DNA of 64,000 nt from Candidatus Omnitrophota bacterium (GCA_023247055.1 JAHFHF010000005.1:18985-82984), one strand, 5' to 3'. Counted from the first letter of the stretch, positions 1 to 15,000 are shown. Made by a program: numbers and translations. The notes: generated from the sequence alone by a model not told the origin.

Positions 1-3000
1 TATGTGCTGCTGGCGTTGCAACAGCGTTTTCCCGATCAATTCCCTCAGGCCGCAGCCGAAAAGCTGAGCGGATTCTTTCAGAGCTATCAACAGCAAACCC
101 CCAGCCGTCCTGCGAAAAAGGGAGACATCATCGCCTTCGGTGCTTTTGAAAGTCCGCAGCAATTTCAAGATTATATCGATTTCAAAGATGAACTTTTGTT
201 TGCGGTCGTCCCGGCGCCGGGAAATTGGCGGTTTCAGGATCACGCCTATGAATTTATGGCCCAGCGCAACAAGGGCCGGATGGAGATGACCTTCTATCGC
301 GGAGATGGAACAATCGATGAAAATAGAACGGCAGATGACAAACTGCTCGAGAGCGGACTGCTGACAAAAGGAAATATTATTTTTGTGCTGCGCGGAACCC
401 CAAATGGGATTTCAATGCCGCCTATTTTTCCTCGAGTCGCCGGCCGGATGGGACACACCCACCCTCCGGACACTGTTATTCCAGGGGAAAGCGAAAATGA
501 TTCGCTGACCTATCTTGCGAATCATCAGGAACTAGGTATTACCAGGCGTAACTTGCTTTCTGCCCGCTCCGAAGTGCGGCACACGCCGGATGAAATAGGC
601 GCAAAGATGGCTGAAGCGAGGCGATTGATTGCGGGCAATCAAATTCAGCAGGCAGAAGATACTTTGCTGGAGCTTTTTGAAAGTTCGCGCCAGGAGTGGG
701 ATGCCCGGCAGACGTATAAGGATGAAACTGCAAAAACGGAAGTTAAGGGAGATGTAGGAGATTTGCTTCATTTGGCGGAGTTAGCGCTTGCCGCGGCCGT
801 GGCATTGGAGGATTCTGAAACGCCAAAAGCCAAGAAACGTGCGTGGAACCCTTTTCATTCTTTCGAATATTTTTATTTAATAGCACGCTCTCCGGAAGTT
901 GTGCCCTTTTTGCGAGAAAATCATGCTGCTTTCCAACAGATGGGGCTTTATGCGGGGTCGTATATTTCGAAAATGAATGAGTTGCAAAATCAGGAAACGC
1001 AATCCCGGCAATATGGGGGGGAGCCGCCGGAAAAATTATTGCAAAATTCTAATCTTGTAAGCCCCCATTTTTTTGCATTAGCTAAAAATGTTTCAAGGCG
1101 ATTGCACGGCGAATTGACATTTGAAAACGGAGAGAACCCCTTTAGGGGTTTGCTGCGCTTAAATGGAGAGTTCAGCGGCACCACTGCCCATTTTCCGGAC
1201 CATCAAGCGCTCGAGTTTTTGATTTCCCATGCTTCCATCCTGCTGGAACTGAGTGCTCCTGCGCTTGCGGGCTATTTGCAGTATTTGGCGCATTATATAG
1301 CCAAGACTATGCAGACAGACGGGTATTACGAAACCGAAATCAATCGAGGAAATGAAGACCTGCCGCGGATTCAGGTTTACAGGAATCCTTTAGCCAGCTT
1401 AAGTATTCTTCAAGGGCTGTTTTCTATCCAAAATGATTCCCAGGATCAGAAAACAAACAGGGCGATAAACTATCTTCGCATCATGTCGCTATACGTCTCG
1501 TTGGACCAGCCGGATTCAATCCTGCAAGTTCTCGATGAAGTTCTTCCTGAATTATCTAAAGTGGAGAAGAAGGATCGGGATGTATTTGCATACACCCTTC
1601 TTAGAATTTACAGATCGAATTTGACGGAAAACCAAAAAGCAGAAGCCGTCCGCCGGGCGGGCTCGTCTTTTCACGTCAAAAAGATAATCGGGGATATCAG
1701 CAATGAACAGGCGCTTGAAATTTTAAACCGTTTAGCACGCCTGGATGCCCAGTCCGCATTGCCGCGCATGATTCCTGAAACCACGCCCGAATTTTACAGC
1801 CGTCATGCGGAATTATTGACGGCTTTTGAAGGCCTGCCGGCAGCGGAGCAGGATGCCCTCGCGAATTTTTTATACGAAGAATTTGCCGACCGAAATTTAA
1901 CAGAAGCCTCTCTCAAAGCGCTGCTTAGCCCCCAGGCGGTTTCTTTTTATGCCAGGCATGGCCGGCAATCCGAACTTCTGGTTTCTTTTATCGCGCGTTT
2001 CCCCGGCCAGTTAGAGGCCATTACCCGGGAAGGCAGTGAGTTTGTGGCTTTAATGCTGCAGTTAATCCAGTTAGATCCTAAATTTTCAAAAGGATATATT
2101 AGTTTTCTGCATTATTCGGAACAAAGCGAATATCTTCAAACAACAGAGGTTTTGGAAAGATGGATTCAGCTTGTTAAAAAAGAGCCCAAAGGGGCAGAGC
2201 AGGTCTTTGCCCTTTTGCGGAAACGGCCGGAACTGGCGCCTGCCATTTTATTTGGGGGCATTTCGGAAAGTTTGATGCAAATGAAGCCGGATGTCCGGGC
2301 AAGTTATGTGGATGCCGCGGGCAACAGATCGGCGGAAACTTCCGCAGAATGGGTGGCCCCTGCCATTGCCGAAATCGCTGCGGTATTAAAAGGCCGCGCG
2401 GAGGCGGAAGCATTCAACAAGAGGTTTACACAAGACGAGGCCTTTCGGACATTAACGCTGGATGAAGCAATGCGCGCGCCGCTCATTGAAAATTTGGCGC
2501 GCCAGCCAGTCGCGACCCAAGCATCCTATCTTAGAAATGTCACGCCAGACATTTTACAGGATCCTGCCATGGCCGATTTTCAGGTGCGTCTCGACGCCAT
2601 TGAAGACGCGGAGTTGAAAGGGGAAATCCTGGAAGCCATCTCGAAAAACAAAGTTTTCAGAGACTATCTGATGCAGGGGGGCCTGGGTTTTCTGATAGAG
2701 TTGATTCAGAGCAGCCCCGACGCGAACGAAGGTCTAAATCGGGCTCAAGGCTATGTCCTCATTCTGCGCTACGATTCTTCCGGTGCTCTTACCGTCGCCG
2801 ATTATCAAAGTATTCAAGGAAAATACGGTGGGCTCCTGACGGATGCGGAGGTACCCTTATCCTTTTCTGCCGAAATCCTAAGGCTTGCAAGGAACCAGCC
2901 TGCCTTAATAGGTCACATCGATTTGACCCTGCTGAGAGAACTTCACAATCAATTGGGCGAACTTTTCGATGATTTTATTAACATTGCCTGTGAGGATCCG

Positions 3001-6000
3001 CCGGTTTTAACGGAGATGCATTTTCATAGCATGCTTCGCAGTCTTCGTGCAGATTCAAGCATCGCGGGGGATAGATGGCTTGCCGCCGCAAAACCCAATT
3101 ACCGGAACCGGCACCGTTTTGCCTTACAGCTTCTAGAGCCGCCTAAAAACCGCTTTCCGACAAGCGCGCAGATGGCGGATTTGCTCCTTGCCCTCCGCCG
3201 CAGTGACAATGCCGGCGGGGTCGATTTTTTTGAGCGTCACCAAGCTGCTGTCAAACAAATTCACCCGCAGATTTTACAAAGATTAGGCCGCATGCAGCAG
3301 CCCCCCCAAGAAATTTTTGATGCGGCTGCGCTTGAGACGCTGGCTCAATTTTCTAATCCGGCCGCAGCTCAACTTTTACTGGAAGAAATAAATTATTTAG
3401 CCTACGCATTAAAGCAAGGGAAGATCGATGCTTCAACTGCCGCTGCCATGAGAAATAAAATAACAGCATTGATTCAGAACCCGGCTGTTTTGAATGCCGA
3501 CGAGAAAAAAATAGATCTGATCAAGCAATGGCTGCAACAAGCCCGTGAGCACGCGCAAGTGCACGCTATGGGACTGCACTTTATTTTCAATCTTGAATTC
3601 GATGCGGATGTTATGAAGGAACTGCTTAAAGGGTGGCGAGGCGAAAAATTCTACCTCGATTTGTTTGACGAGACGGTTTTGACGATGCTGCAGAATGCGA
3701 AAACAGAATTTGGAAGCGGTTTAACCGATTCGATTTTAGCGGCTGCGAGTGGTGAGCGCGACGTTACTTACCTTAAAACGGCGGATTATTACCGAAATAT
3801 CCGGCAGAAAATTCTGTTTTTGTTCGCAGCAGACGGGTTTAAACAATTTCCTGCCAGGGCCACCAACGATGCTGCCTTGAAATTAATACGTATCGATCCG
3901 GAGACCTTGAAAGCTTCGCTGCAGAATTTAAAGGCGTGGCTTGGAAACGAAGTGATCGATGCTCAATTGGCGCAGGGACAATTTCAGGTTTTAAATCAGT
4001 GGGTTGCTTTTGAAAGTCAAATGACCCAAGCGGGGCATGGAACTGATCTAAAAGATCATTTGACCCGCGCTCCGCCAGAACTCGATCGTTCGGAATATTT
4101 TACGGTTCTTAGCGGCTTGCATCTGGAACTTGTAGGGATGTTGATCAATCTCGACAAAGACAAGGCGCCGGAGGATAAAAAAATCGAGAGAAATTGGCAA
4201 GAGAATCTTGCGGCTTTGAAGACCCTCGATGAACTCTACCGTGGATTACTTGCTTTAAAACAAGGCCAGACAGCCGTGGATCATGCAATTGCTCATCAAT
4301 TCGTGCAGCGTCTGTTGAAAACCGGAGAAAGGGGGCTGGTGAAGGAAGCCCAGTTATTTGTCCGGGGGTTGAAAGCGGGCGTTGTTCCCGTGGCGCTTGT
4401 CAGCGCTTTCCTTGCCCGGGCTGCGGCTACGGGAAATAATGAATTTACCAAGCGAGTCCATATTTTGAAAGTTTTGGGTGAACTGCTTCAAATCCACTCA
4501 AGTATTACGAAAGTAAAAGCCTTGGAAGGCGTATCTGCGAAAATTGTTCAAATTGTTAATTTGTTTTTAAAAGCAGAAAAAGCTGAAATCGGGCAAGTCC
4601 GCCGTTTGCATCAAAAATTGCTTGCGCGGCTTTTAAGCGCGGTGACTGGAGAGAATAAAATCTCTGAACCGGCTGCATCCGCGCTTTCAAAAGACCTTTC
4701 TTTGCTGCCTAAAATCCTGACAATTATTACCCTTTACTATTCGCTTGAAAAGCATGGGCAGGGGCGCATCCAAGACCTGAAGGATCACCTGCAGACCCAG
4801 CTCAGGGAATTTATCTTGACGGGAGACCGGGCGCGCATCCGCAAAGCCATTCTCAAAACGGAAGCCAATCAGATTATTATGAAAAAATTAACCGAAAGCG
4901 GCTACGATTTACGTCTTTTAGAAGAAGGTTTTGAAATCGAGGCTGTGGCCGCATCCTGGGACGAAAAAGAAAAAGAAGACGAAGTGAAGGCGACAATCCG
5001 GCAGTTGTCGCACGATATTATCGAAATTGCGGCCCGGCTGGGTTTCCAACAGCAGGTCGAAGGGGCTGCTGCTGTCAGCCAGTTTGATCATGCGTCCGAT
5101 GCGCAGGACTTTGTAACGGCTATGGCACAGCAGTTTCCCAACAATCCGGCGCTGGTTCAGGCCGATATCGTTGTGGCGCAGATGCGCGAGGTCGAAGAAC
5201 GGGCTCAAAAAGAGATCCGCGCCAAACGCAGTGAAAAAATCCGCGTCGTGGTGCGCAAAGATTTTCTGGATGAGGCTTCTGCCGGCGGGTATGACTATCT
5301 TGGCAGTACCGTGCCCGGCTGTTTTAGCCCGAATGGGGCGCATCAGGAAAGGCCGCCCCAGACTTCGGCCGATGCCGGCGGTACTTTCGCCATTGCTTAT
5401 GACGAAGCCGGAAGAATGATTGCCAATGTCGACCTAGCCTTTACGGATAAAGGCGTAGTGGTCTATACCGCTTACAGCAGCCGCGCCGATCTTAATTTGG
5501 ATCCGGTTTGGTTTAAAGTTTGGCAAGTTTTATCGAAACTGGCTCCGGCCGTTATCCTGGATCCCGCGCATCGATCTGCAGGCGTCAAGGAAGCTTCCAA
5601 ACAAAACCAGCCTGAAAAAAATGTAACGGCTGAAAAATTAGGATCCCAGGGATCAATGTATTTCGATTTCGGCCGGTCCGACGCCGCCGGAAAACTCTCT
5701 TACGCTTTTTCGGAAGCTATCGTTCTCAGAAGCGCGCAATTTCCTGAGGTTCAATCGCCCTTTTTGGATTCCAAGGAAGCTTTACCCGCGTCAACAGCAT
5801 CCGCCGCACAAACAGGCAAAAAAGAGGATGCTCGTGAGACAGTTCAACCCGTAGAGAAGTTAGATCCTAAAAAGTTAAACGACGAAGAACAAAGAAAAGT
5901 TAAAAAAGAACTCTTCGATTTGGGTTTAAAGGACATTGATTTTGCCCCGATTTTAAGAAACTTGAATGAGATTATTTTAACCCCGGGATTTGACCTTGCC

Positions 6001-9000
6001 AGATTGCTTTCGGAACTCAAGACACGGCCTGCAAGCCGGGGTGCACAGCCCGGCATTCCCACGCAAAATGATTTAGAGGCTTTGAAGCGAAAAATTCTTG
6101 AATTGCAAGCCGAACACCGCATCCCTAGAGGATTTGAGGAATTTGCCGAGATCGTCCAACGCGAAGCGCCGAGACTCAGGAGTTTACGCGGCAATGCAAG
6201 GCAAGAGGAATTATTGAGAATTCTTCAAAATACTCTTTCTGAAACAAGAGGCGTTGATTTGTCGCGCCGTCCCAGCCGGGAAGTGGGAGCCATTCCATCG
6301 AGATTTATAGAAAATGCCCAATTGCAAATCGAGTCCCAGGCGGCGGAAGCGCTCACGAGCAGGCTGGATGAAGCCCGAGGTTTATTGGGAGCAGCTTCAC
6401 CCCAAGAAGAAGAACAAGATTTGATCGAGATTCTTTTTGGCGAGTATATCCCTCAAGCGTCTGAGGTCGTTCTATCGGGGGAATTAATCATGGAGAACGG
6501 ACAAGCCCGGCTTGAAATAAAACAGCCGGGTGAAACCTTGGCAATTCTTGATCAGAACCGGGTACCCCAGGGGCAGCGGACTCTGCAGTTTGAGATTTAT
6601 GTGCGACAGGGAAATCTCCATATGGAAATCGTGGACCTCGTTGCTTCAGACTCATCCGAAGCCTTGCGATTTTATGCCAACTTTGCGCAATGGGCCCAAT
6701 TTGTTTCCAACCACTTGCAGGTGCCGCTGGTCATTGAGCATGAAACCGCTATTTTTTCAGGGCGGGCTTCCCGTTTCGGATTTCACCAAATCAAACAAGC
6801 GCAGAGCCTCATTAAAGATAATTGGATTAAAAAAATTCAGCCCTTATTGGCGGAACTCGGAATCCCCGGAGAAAATTTTGCAACCCACGGCGTCAATCTT
6901 GATAACTTTCGATACTACGAAGGAATCATTACGCCCCGGCCGCTTACAGGCCGCTCCGAAGTGCGGACGGCGCCAGAGCATGCCGCTCGAGCTCTGCTTC
7001 ATCAAACGAAAATCGAAACGCGTCAAAGGCATGAATCAAGCCGGCGGGCTTTTTTGACCGCTTTAGGCGCGGCAGCCGCCGGAGTTTTTATAGCCGGCGA
7101 TCATTTTTCCCCCAAAGAAAAGATGAATCCGTGGCGTATTGCTGTGGAGCCTGAAATTTCCATAGATCCGAATGTGCTCGTGGAGAATCAGCAAGCTGCG
7201 GCCGTTCAAAAAATACAGCAGTGGCGAAATGACCTTCAGCGGGAATTAAAAGAGGTGAACACAGATCCTGAAACGAAAGAAATTGCCGGTGAATTGGCCA
7301 GGATTCTTGGGCAAACGGCTGTCGTTTATCGAGACCAGGATTATCCGGAGTCTGAGCCGACGCGCATCATTGTCGATCACCGGGCCATGCAGGGCAGAGC
7401 GCAATTTTATATCAGCGTGATTCATGAGGCCTTGCATCATTACTACAATAGAAACCAAATGCTGTTGCCTGAGACGGAAATGGTGAGTGGATTTCAAACC
7501 GCGCACGATCTTGAATTTTATCTTTGGCCCGGGGAAGAGGGCTGGGTGATCAAACAAACTAATGTTTTATCCGCCGCGCTTGGGATATTCCCGGAGTTTT
7601 TAAAAGCGTCCAATGCGGATGAAATTCTTTATTTTAACGGAGACTGGCTGACTTTGCCTGCGATTGCCGAGCGCATTCAAGGCGGCCATGAAGTCGCTGA
7701 ACGTGCGGCATTGCTTGTCAAATTTCTGCCTTTAATAGCACAGGGCCAGGAACTTTTCTTTTTGAACCAAGCATCGCAGAAAAACCGGCAGGCAGCCGAG
7801 CAGCTTCTTGTGGACATCTTGCCAAAAAATAGTGCGTTAGATCCAATCATACGGGCGGCATTAGAACCCGCCTTGAAATTAAACGCATGGCTGAAACAAA
7901 ACGGAGCTTTGTCCTACCCCCGCCGTTCGGAAATGCGGGGAGCGGCGCCAGAAGATGAATCTATAGCAGAGACAGCGGCGGCTTCTGTTTTTCAGGATTT
8001 CATTAGCGGCAGATCCGGCGGAAAAATAAGCGGCCGCGACCGCCAGCGGGATTTACGGCTATTGAGACTTGTCGGGACAAGAGTGCTCGCAGCGATGCCC
8101 AGCAGTGTGGATTCGAAAGATAAAAGCGTTTTACTTAATAATTTTTTGTCGCGCATTGCCATGGATATGGTGTCTCCGGAAGCGATACGCCGTTATCTCG
8201 GCGAGTTAAGTTATGTGCTGGCTCAGGCAGAGACGCGTCTGGGGTCTGGAGATGCCGGAAAGAAAGTCATCAATGAAATCATGAAGGCCCAGGGAAGGCT
8301 TCTCCCGTTTATTCAAAATGAAAATTCCGACGGCCAGCGATTTTATACACCCGAACCGTATCGAGGCATTGAAAATTTTCGCCGGTTTTTTGATTTTGTT
8401 TTCGAGGGATGGGATAAAACCGGCACTGGGCGTAAAGGTTATGCGGCCAACGGCAGTGTCCTGATTCACTTCGCCTTGGAAACAGCCCGCGAAAAGGGTT
8501 TTTCGACACGGCAGCTTGAGACCAGAGGATGGCGTCAGCTGCTTCCATTTCTGAGGCTTAACCAAATTAATTTTGGCGGGCAAGTTTATCGTCTTGGCAA
8601 AGCCGAAATTTTAAACGGAGCGGTTACCACGGAATTTGCGGAAGGAAGAAATTTTATTTTTAGGGCCGACCTTGAAGACGCCGCAGGCGTAGCCCAAAAA
8701 CAAATTTTAGTCAAATTGGGCGTAAAGAATCCAGAATTTGATGAGGTCGTCACTGAAATGGCGCGTACGATGGGGCTAAAAACCTATGCCGTTGAGCGAT
8801 TTGATGCGGGGGAGGAAGCCGATAAAGACGGATTCCATCCGATCGCGCTTCAATTGATCGAGTTTGTGCCGTCGCAAATTGTTTTTGCTCAAGGGCAGGA
8901 TGGGGATGGAAGAAAAATTTCGTATCCAAATTTATCACCGCTTAAAACCTTGGAGGCTGGCGCCAAGACACAAGCGCTTGAAGAACTCGGAGAGCATCTG

Positions 9001-12000
9001 GCGCTGGATTATCTTTTTGGCGGACGTGATTCAATGATGAAACATTTTCTCCTTACGCGGGAGGGCCGGTTCATTAAAATTGACAACGAATTTTTGTTCG
9101 AATACAGTGCCACTCCGCAATACCCGAGATTGGCGGGAACCTTGGAAGCGCAAAGTGATTTTTGGGATTTTTTGGCCGCGCTGAAAGAAGGGCCGCCGAT
9201 GGAAGGCTGGGATAGCGAGGCTGCAATCAGACACGGTTTTGACCGGGTTCTGACAAAGATTGCTTTTAACGACGGCGGCGCCAAAGAACGGCTTTTTAAA
9301 ATTATAGAGACACGCAGAACGTCAGCGCAGCAGGATAGTCTTAGTCTGGATGCCATTAAACGAGGCATTGAGCAGCGTGCGGGCCACAGTTACGAATTTT
9401 TGAAGTCTATTGCAAAATCTGCCCGCTCCGAAATGCGGAGCATACCGCGCATACCCATACCGGACGCCGTCCGCGGGGAGACGTCAGACTCATCAACCTC
9501 TCCCCGCGGACGGCGTCCCGTTACGCGTCGGACTTTTCTGGGGCTTGGGATGTGGGGTGGGGTTTTACTTACCAGCTTTTCAGTGGCTAAATACTTCGGT
9601 TCGGAAACAGAACGGCAGAAAAAAATTCGTGAGTCCCGCCAACGGCGTGAAAAACAGGAAAAAATTCCTTCCAAAACTCCGTGGGACAAATTCCCGTTGG
9701 ACGATGTGAAACGTTCAGACACGGAGAAAATCCGTCAGTCGCTACAGGTTACCCTCGATTGGCTTATCCAGACGGGCTACGGCGAGGCGGATATTCTTGA
9801 CGAATACGCCGGTTACCTAGCCCAAGCCAGGCCGGGTGAGGGCCTGTATCATTCGCTTATGTCAAAAAGCTTTCACCTCAAAAAAGGCATTGAAATTGAA
9901 TTTAATGAGCGGCACCTCCTGGAACTGATCCGGCAGGTTAAAAATTCCGAATCCCTGGATCTTTTTGTCGTGACGCTGGCTGCAATGATAATGCGGGAAT
10001 CCCTCGGATTGCAAATTATGATGCATGCTCAAAAACCACTGGAAGAAATCGCGAAGGGAACCGAAAAACTGGAACTGGCGCGAAGAAAAAGAATGCCGGC
10101 AGATGAAATGAATATGTACAGTCAGCCTTTGCGCGAATTTCTTAGCCAAAATGAAAATGAAATCGACCGGCTGCTGGCTCTTTCCTTCGCTTTTGAATAT
10201 CTAGAAGCGGAAGCGGAATGGAATTTTTACGCAGCGGCCTCAGCCCGGAATGATTTTTCCGTGCAGGGCGCCAACGAAGCGCTGAACACAGTTAACGCCC
10301 GGGCTTTGGCGCTGGCAGATCGATTGAGAGTAAGTGCTGATTCGGCATCCCTGTTGATGGAAACACAGGGAGACGATTTCCTTATTTTTCGAAGCCAGCT
10401 GGCTGGAATGACGGTTGAAAAGTATCAACTTCTTAAACAAGGGGAGCTGGCGCGTAAGCGAAAAGAGTTACCCGAAGCGAATTTTTTATTAGTGAATTAC
10501 GGAACTTTTATGGAAGTAAACCGGTTTCAGCCTGCCGAAGAACCAGGCAAACAGGTAGGCCTTAGCCCAGCCATCATAGGAAGTATGGAGCGCAGGGAGT
10601 GGCCAGATTTTGACGGGTTCACGCCCTATGCTAAACGATTGTGGCCTCAGTTCCATACAGCCGTAGCTCAATTGCGCAAGGACCTTCCGTTCGCGCATGC
10701 GCTTTTCGAAGCGCAAAAAAAGGACTTGCTCCGCAGAATGAAGCGCTTGGGTAGCGACTTGAAGCCGCTGCTAGATCGTAAGTCGCGGCCTGAAGCCCCT
10801 CTTTTCGACGGCGGGGCCAAGGCCGGCAATGCTGCCTCCGTCCGTTCTGAGATGCAATTTGTTACGCCAGACTCATCAACCTCTCCCCCCGGACGGCGTC
10901 CCGTTACAACAGATGAAATCTTGAAAACCATTATTTCCAAAGCCCGCTCTGAGATCCGGAAAACGCTGATTTTTGCGGCGGTTGTTTCAGGGGGCGCCTT
11001 GCTCGCGGCTGTGGGCTATCTGAAATGGCCGAGCATTCAACGCTGGTTTGAAAGCCGCAAGAGTCCGGAAGAACCGTCAAGCGGCCGGCGCGATTTCCTG
11101 AAGCAGGCTTTAGCGGCCGCCAGTGCTGCGGCATTAAAACCATCACGAGGGCTGTTAGGAGTTTTGAGCCCGGCGTTAAAGCCGGAGTTTACCATCAAGA
11201 CTGCCATGGGGCAGGTCGCACAAGAGGAAGCGGTGTCATGGATAAAAATAGTGACAGGCATCGAGACAACGCCTTCCGTTTTACCGCCTATCTTGTCACC
11301 TAATAAATCGGTTGTTGAATTTGTGAAAGCCATTGAAGTAGAGCCTATTTCATCCTGGGAAAACCTTGTACCGCCGGGTTATGAGCATTTGCTCGGCCCA
11401 TCGCTTGGAGGTATGTCCGATCTGCGTACGGTTATGATCAACGAATTCATCGGCCGTTTGGCCGAAAAAAAATTGTCTAATGGCCGTTCCCCGCTGGAAA
11501 ACTTTGGGATTTACGAGCCCCTTGGAAGTGGGCGGCGCACTTACACCGTTGCAGGAGAAACTTATACTGACTATGGGCTAACTTTCGAATTGCGTGATAT
11601 TGCAGATTTAATTAAGCAGCATTTGCCCGACGGATTTGAAGATGCGGCATGGACCGATGCGGCGCTGGATCGCGCTGTCAGTCATTTTGCACAGGCGCTG
11701 ACAACCAATCCCGCATTGCAAAATCAAGTTCGAAAATTTCGCCAGGTTAAAACTCAAGAGCGAAGCCGAAAACTTCAGCAGCGCCGTGATGGTGAAGAAA
11801 ATCTGGTGATGCTCAAAAAACAACTTGCCGTCGCAGAGCGCTCACGCCGCGATTTTGCGAATGGCGTTGGTTTCGACGGTATGCGTGATTTCCGTACCGA
11901 CATAGATGAACTGGATGACCGAATCAAAAAGTTGACAGATCAAATCCGGTGGGAAGAGACCTATGTTCTGACGCTCAAAACCGCTCTTTCTGCCCGCTCC

Positions 12001-15000
12001 GAGATGCGGGGAACGGCGGCTCAACAGCCGACTTTGGCTTCTATCTTTTTGATTCTTGGGAGGGTGAGCCGGATGGCGTCTTCGAGCGTGGTGACTTTGT
12101 TTTCAATGGCGCCAAGTCTGTCTTTGACCTCTGTCATATCGAGACAAAGTGAAGCCACTTTTTCACTGATCAAAGATTGGTTCGATTCAAATCTTTCGAT
12201 CAGAACGCCTACTTCCGTTGCAGAGAAATTTTTATCTTTCATGAAGCGTACTTTACTGGATTTGAGGAGGGGAGTCAATATAAATTTTATAAATAATTTA
12301 TTTAATAAAAAACCAAATTCTCTATCTGCGACAGGACGTTGGAATATGCCAGAGCGAGGATTTGCCCGCTCTGAAATGCGGACGCCCCGCCCATCGCCGG
12401 AATGGGAACGGCTCGAGACTTTGCTGAGGAAACAGCCCACGATTGATATTGCTTATACGAACGACTTCAAGCAATTACCGGCAAGTCAACGCGCCGAACT
12501 TTTCAGAAAAGTACTTTACAATGAATATAACCTCTCCACGCAAGGTTCCCATGCCGCGATATTGAATATGCCGATTCCTTCAGCCTGGGTTGTTCAGGTA
12601 CGCAGTTTGATCTATGGTATGCAAGATGCCGAATCTGTATCGGTTTTTCTCAGAGCGCTGCAAGATCCTTCTCTTGATCTCTCGGGTTTTTTTGACGCGG
12701 CCGGACTTCAGTTAAGCGATTTGCTTCGTGAAAAGCCCGAAATCATTTTGCAGTCTTTGAGCGAGCAGGCCCTTAGCCTTTCGGGGCTTGTGGATTTAGT
12801 GATTCAACAGCAGGCGAGTGGGCTTGTCGTTTGGCTTAGGGATCTGTTGATGCATCCTGAAGTCCCGCGAGCGCAAAAGTTTGCGGCAATGAGACGGATC
12901 TATGAAAAAAGCATCGTGCTGCTCAATGAATCACGACCATTAACGCCTGGGCTTGAGACCTTGCTGCCCGGGGCAATGATTTCTTGGGAGCTTTCGCAGT
13001 CAGACTCTGAACCGTCTGTGACAACACAGGATTTAAAGGAGCGCGGGCGCAAGATACGGCTTGAAAGACTCATGGCGCTGAACGACATTTTTCAATTTGT
13101 GGCCTCTTTTATTCGGCAGAATGTTGCAGTGCGGTATAGCGATGTTGAGAATGCGCTGCGGACGCATCCCGAGATCTCTTTGAAGTTTATAAATTTACCA
13201 CTTGCCGTCCGCGCGAAGATCCTTTCAAAAGTGGCGCTTTTTTTCCACAACAAGTATCTGGCGAAGGAACTATTTGAAGATGCGCGCCGCCGTTATTCCC
13301 TTGAGGATTATGAGAGAATGGCTAAGAATATCGAGGCTCTTTCGAGGGACTTAAAACAGGCTTATCGCGACGGAGCGGCGGGGGATGTGAAGTTGCTGCG
13401 CAGCCAGATTCGATATGTTCGCAAATCTTTGAAATGGCTTCACGAAAAAAGAGTAGCGGCCTTTTATCAAGAATTGACGGGGCGGAAAGAAATACCGGAA
13501 ATTATTTATCTTGAACTCGGAGACGCTTCCTTGATTGTCCGCACGGATTTTAAATCGCTGCAGAAGTTAGTCGACTCCCCGCAGATTGCAAAGCCCGTAG
13601 AGCAGTCAGTTTTTTCTCAGTTTTTATCTCAATTCAGCGAAGACCGTCCGGTGCCCGATAAAAATAAGCTGCGTGAGTTGCTTGCAGAGTTTCCGCGGTA
13701 TATCGTTGAAAATTTCCAGAATGAAATGATCGCTTATTTAGCAGGGGGTACAGAACTGCGTTACCGTAATTTTGATGATCTGATTCTGTTTTATCGTGAT
13801 AATTATGCTGATTGGCTCAAAAAATATTTAGAGCGAACCCTGTATCAAGATGCAGCCACGCGAACTCAGAAACAGGAGTTGGCGGCGTTGATCTCTGAAA
13901 TTTGGCAAGGACCTGAATGGAATACTGTTTATCAACAATTGAAGAATGCCAAGGCATTATTGGATCAGCTGGTCGATGCTAAAGCAACCTTGCTTTTTCA
14001 TCAGAGTGAAAACGGGGCTGCATTCGAGAAGACAACGGCTAGGCGTAAGGCTTATCTTGAAGCGGGCACTTCTATCATGGGAATCTTGCAATTTGTTCCG
14101 CTGAGCCGCTTAGCGCCGCTGCAAGACTTGCTGGAAGAATATGAAAAACAAATCCAAACTCAAAATATTTCTCCGAAGCAGCGCCTGCGTGACCGGGAGC
14201 AGCCGTCCATGGTGAAAGCAGGAAAGGAGCGGTCGTTTCAAACCAGCGGATTTTATTCGGACGGGATTATTTATACGCCCCTTGAGTCTGAATCGCTCGT
14301 TATAGACCATGAGACGCAGCATCTGATTCATGGCCTTTATACTTCCGACCACGTGCGAGGCATTTTGCCTTCACAAGGTGAATTTAATGAGCAGCTTTAT
14401 GAGGCCTTGAAGCATACCAAGGCAGCCCGCTCCGAAATGCGGACGGCCAGCCGTGATCAAGATATCAAAGGCGAAGACCTAACCGTAAAAGGGACTTCCG
14501 CCGAAAATTTTGTGATGGATGGAGAAAATTCATCAATTGAAAGATTGCGAAATTTGCTTTGGTCGGAAAATGATCCGCGAAGACGGCTGGGTCAATACCC
14601 GGTCATCATTCAGGATTACGATGCAAACCGGCCAGGTTCCGGAAAAGTGATTTTACGATCTGACGATGACGATGTTGCCACGATGCCTTTTGTTCCCGAT
14701 GACCCCTTTTGGGATGAAATCAATGCGCAACTAAACGGTGGTATTTCACCAGACCATTTGCGGCGCATGGAAGATAAGGCAGGTAAACCCATAGACAAGT
14801 TTTTAAGATCCGTTAAATTTTTTGTCCTTCCTGTGTTCATTTTAATTTTTATAGACGGTGTTTTGGGCGGGCCTGTGATTGGCCGTGCTCCATGGATCAT
14901 GGCCAATTTTGAAAGGGCAATGGTTATGTTAATCCTATCAACTGCCGTTACAAGTCTCGGCGCGACTGGGATTTTTTATGCTAAAAAGTGGTTTTTGGGC

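Noticed and set aside
12243-12440. N-terminal extension of the antisense ORF to 139 aa
   Set aside because: The extension runs through the promoter/UP element and the repeat site; the ATG at 12242 fits the promoter.
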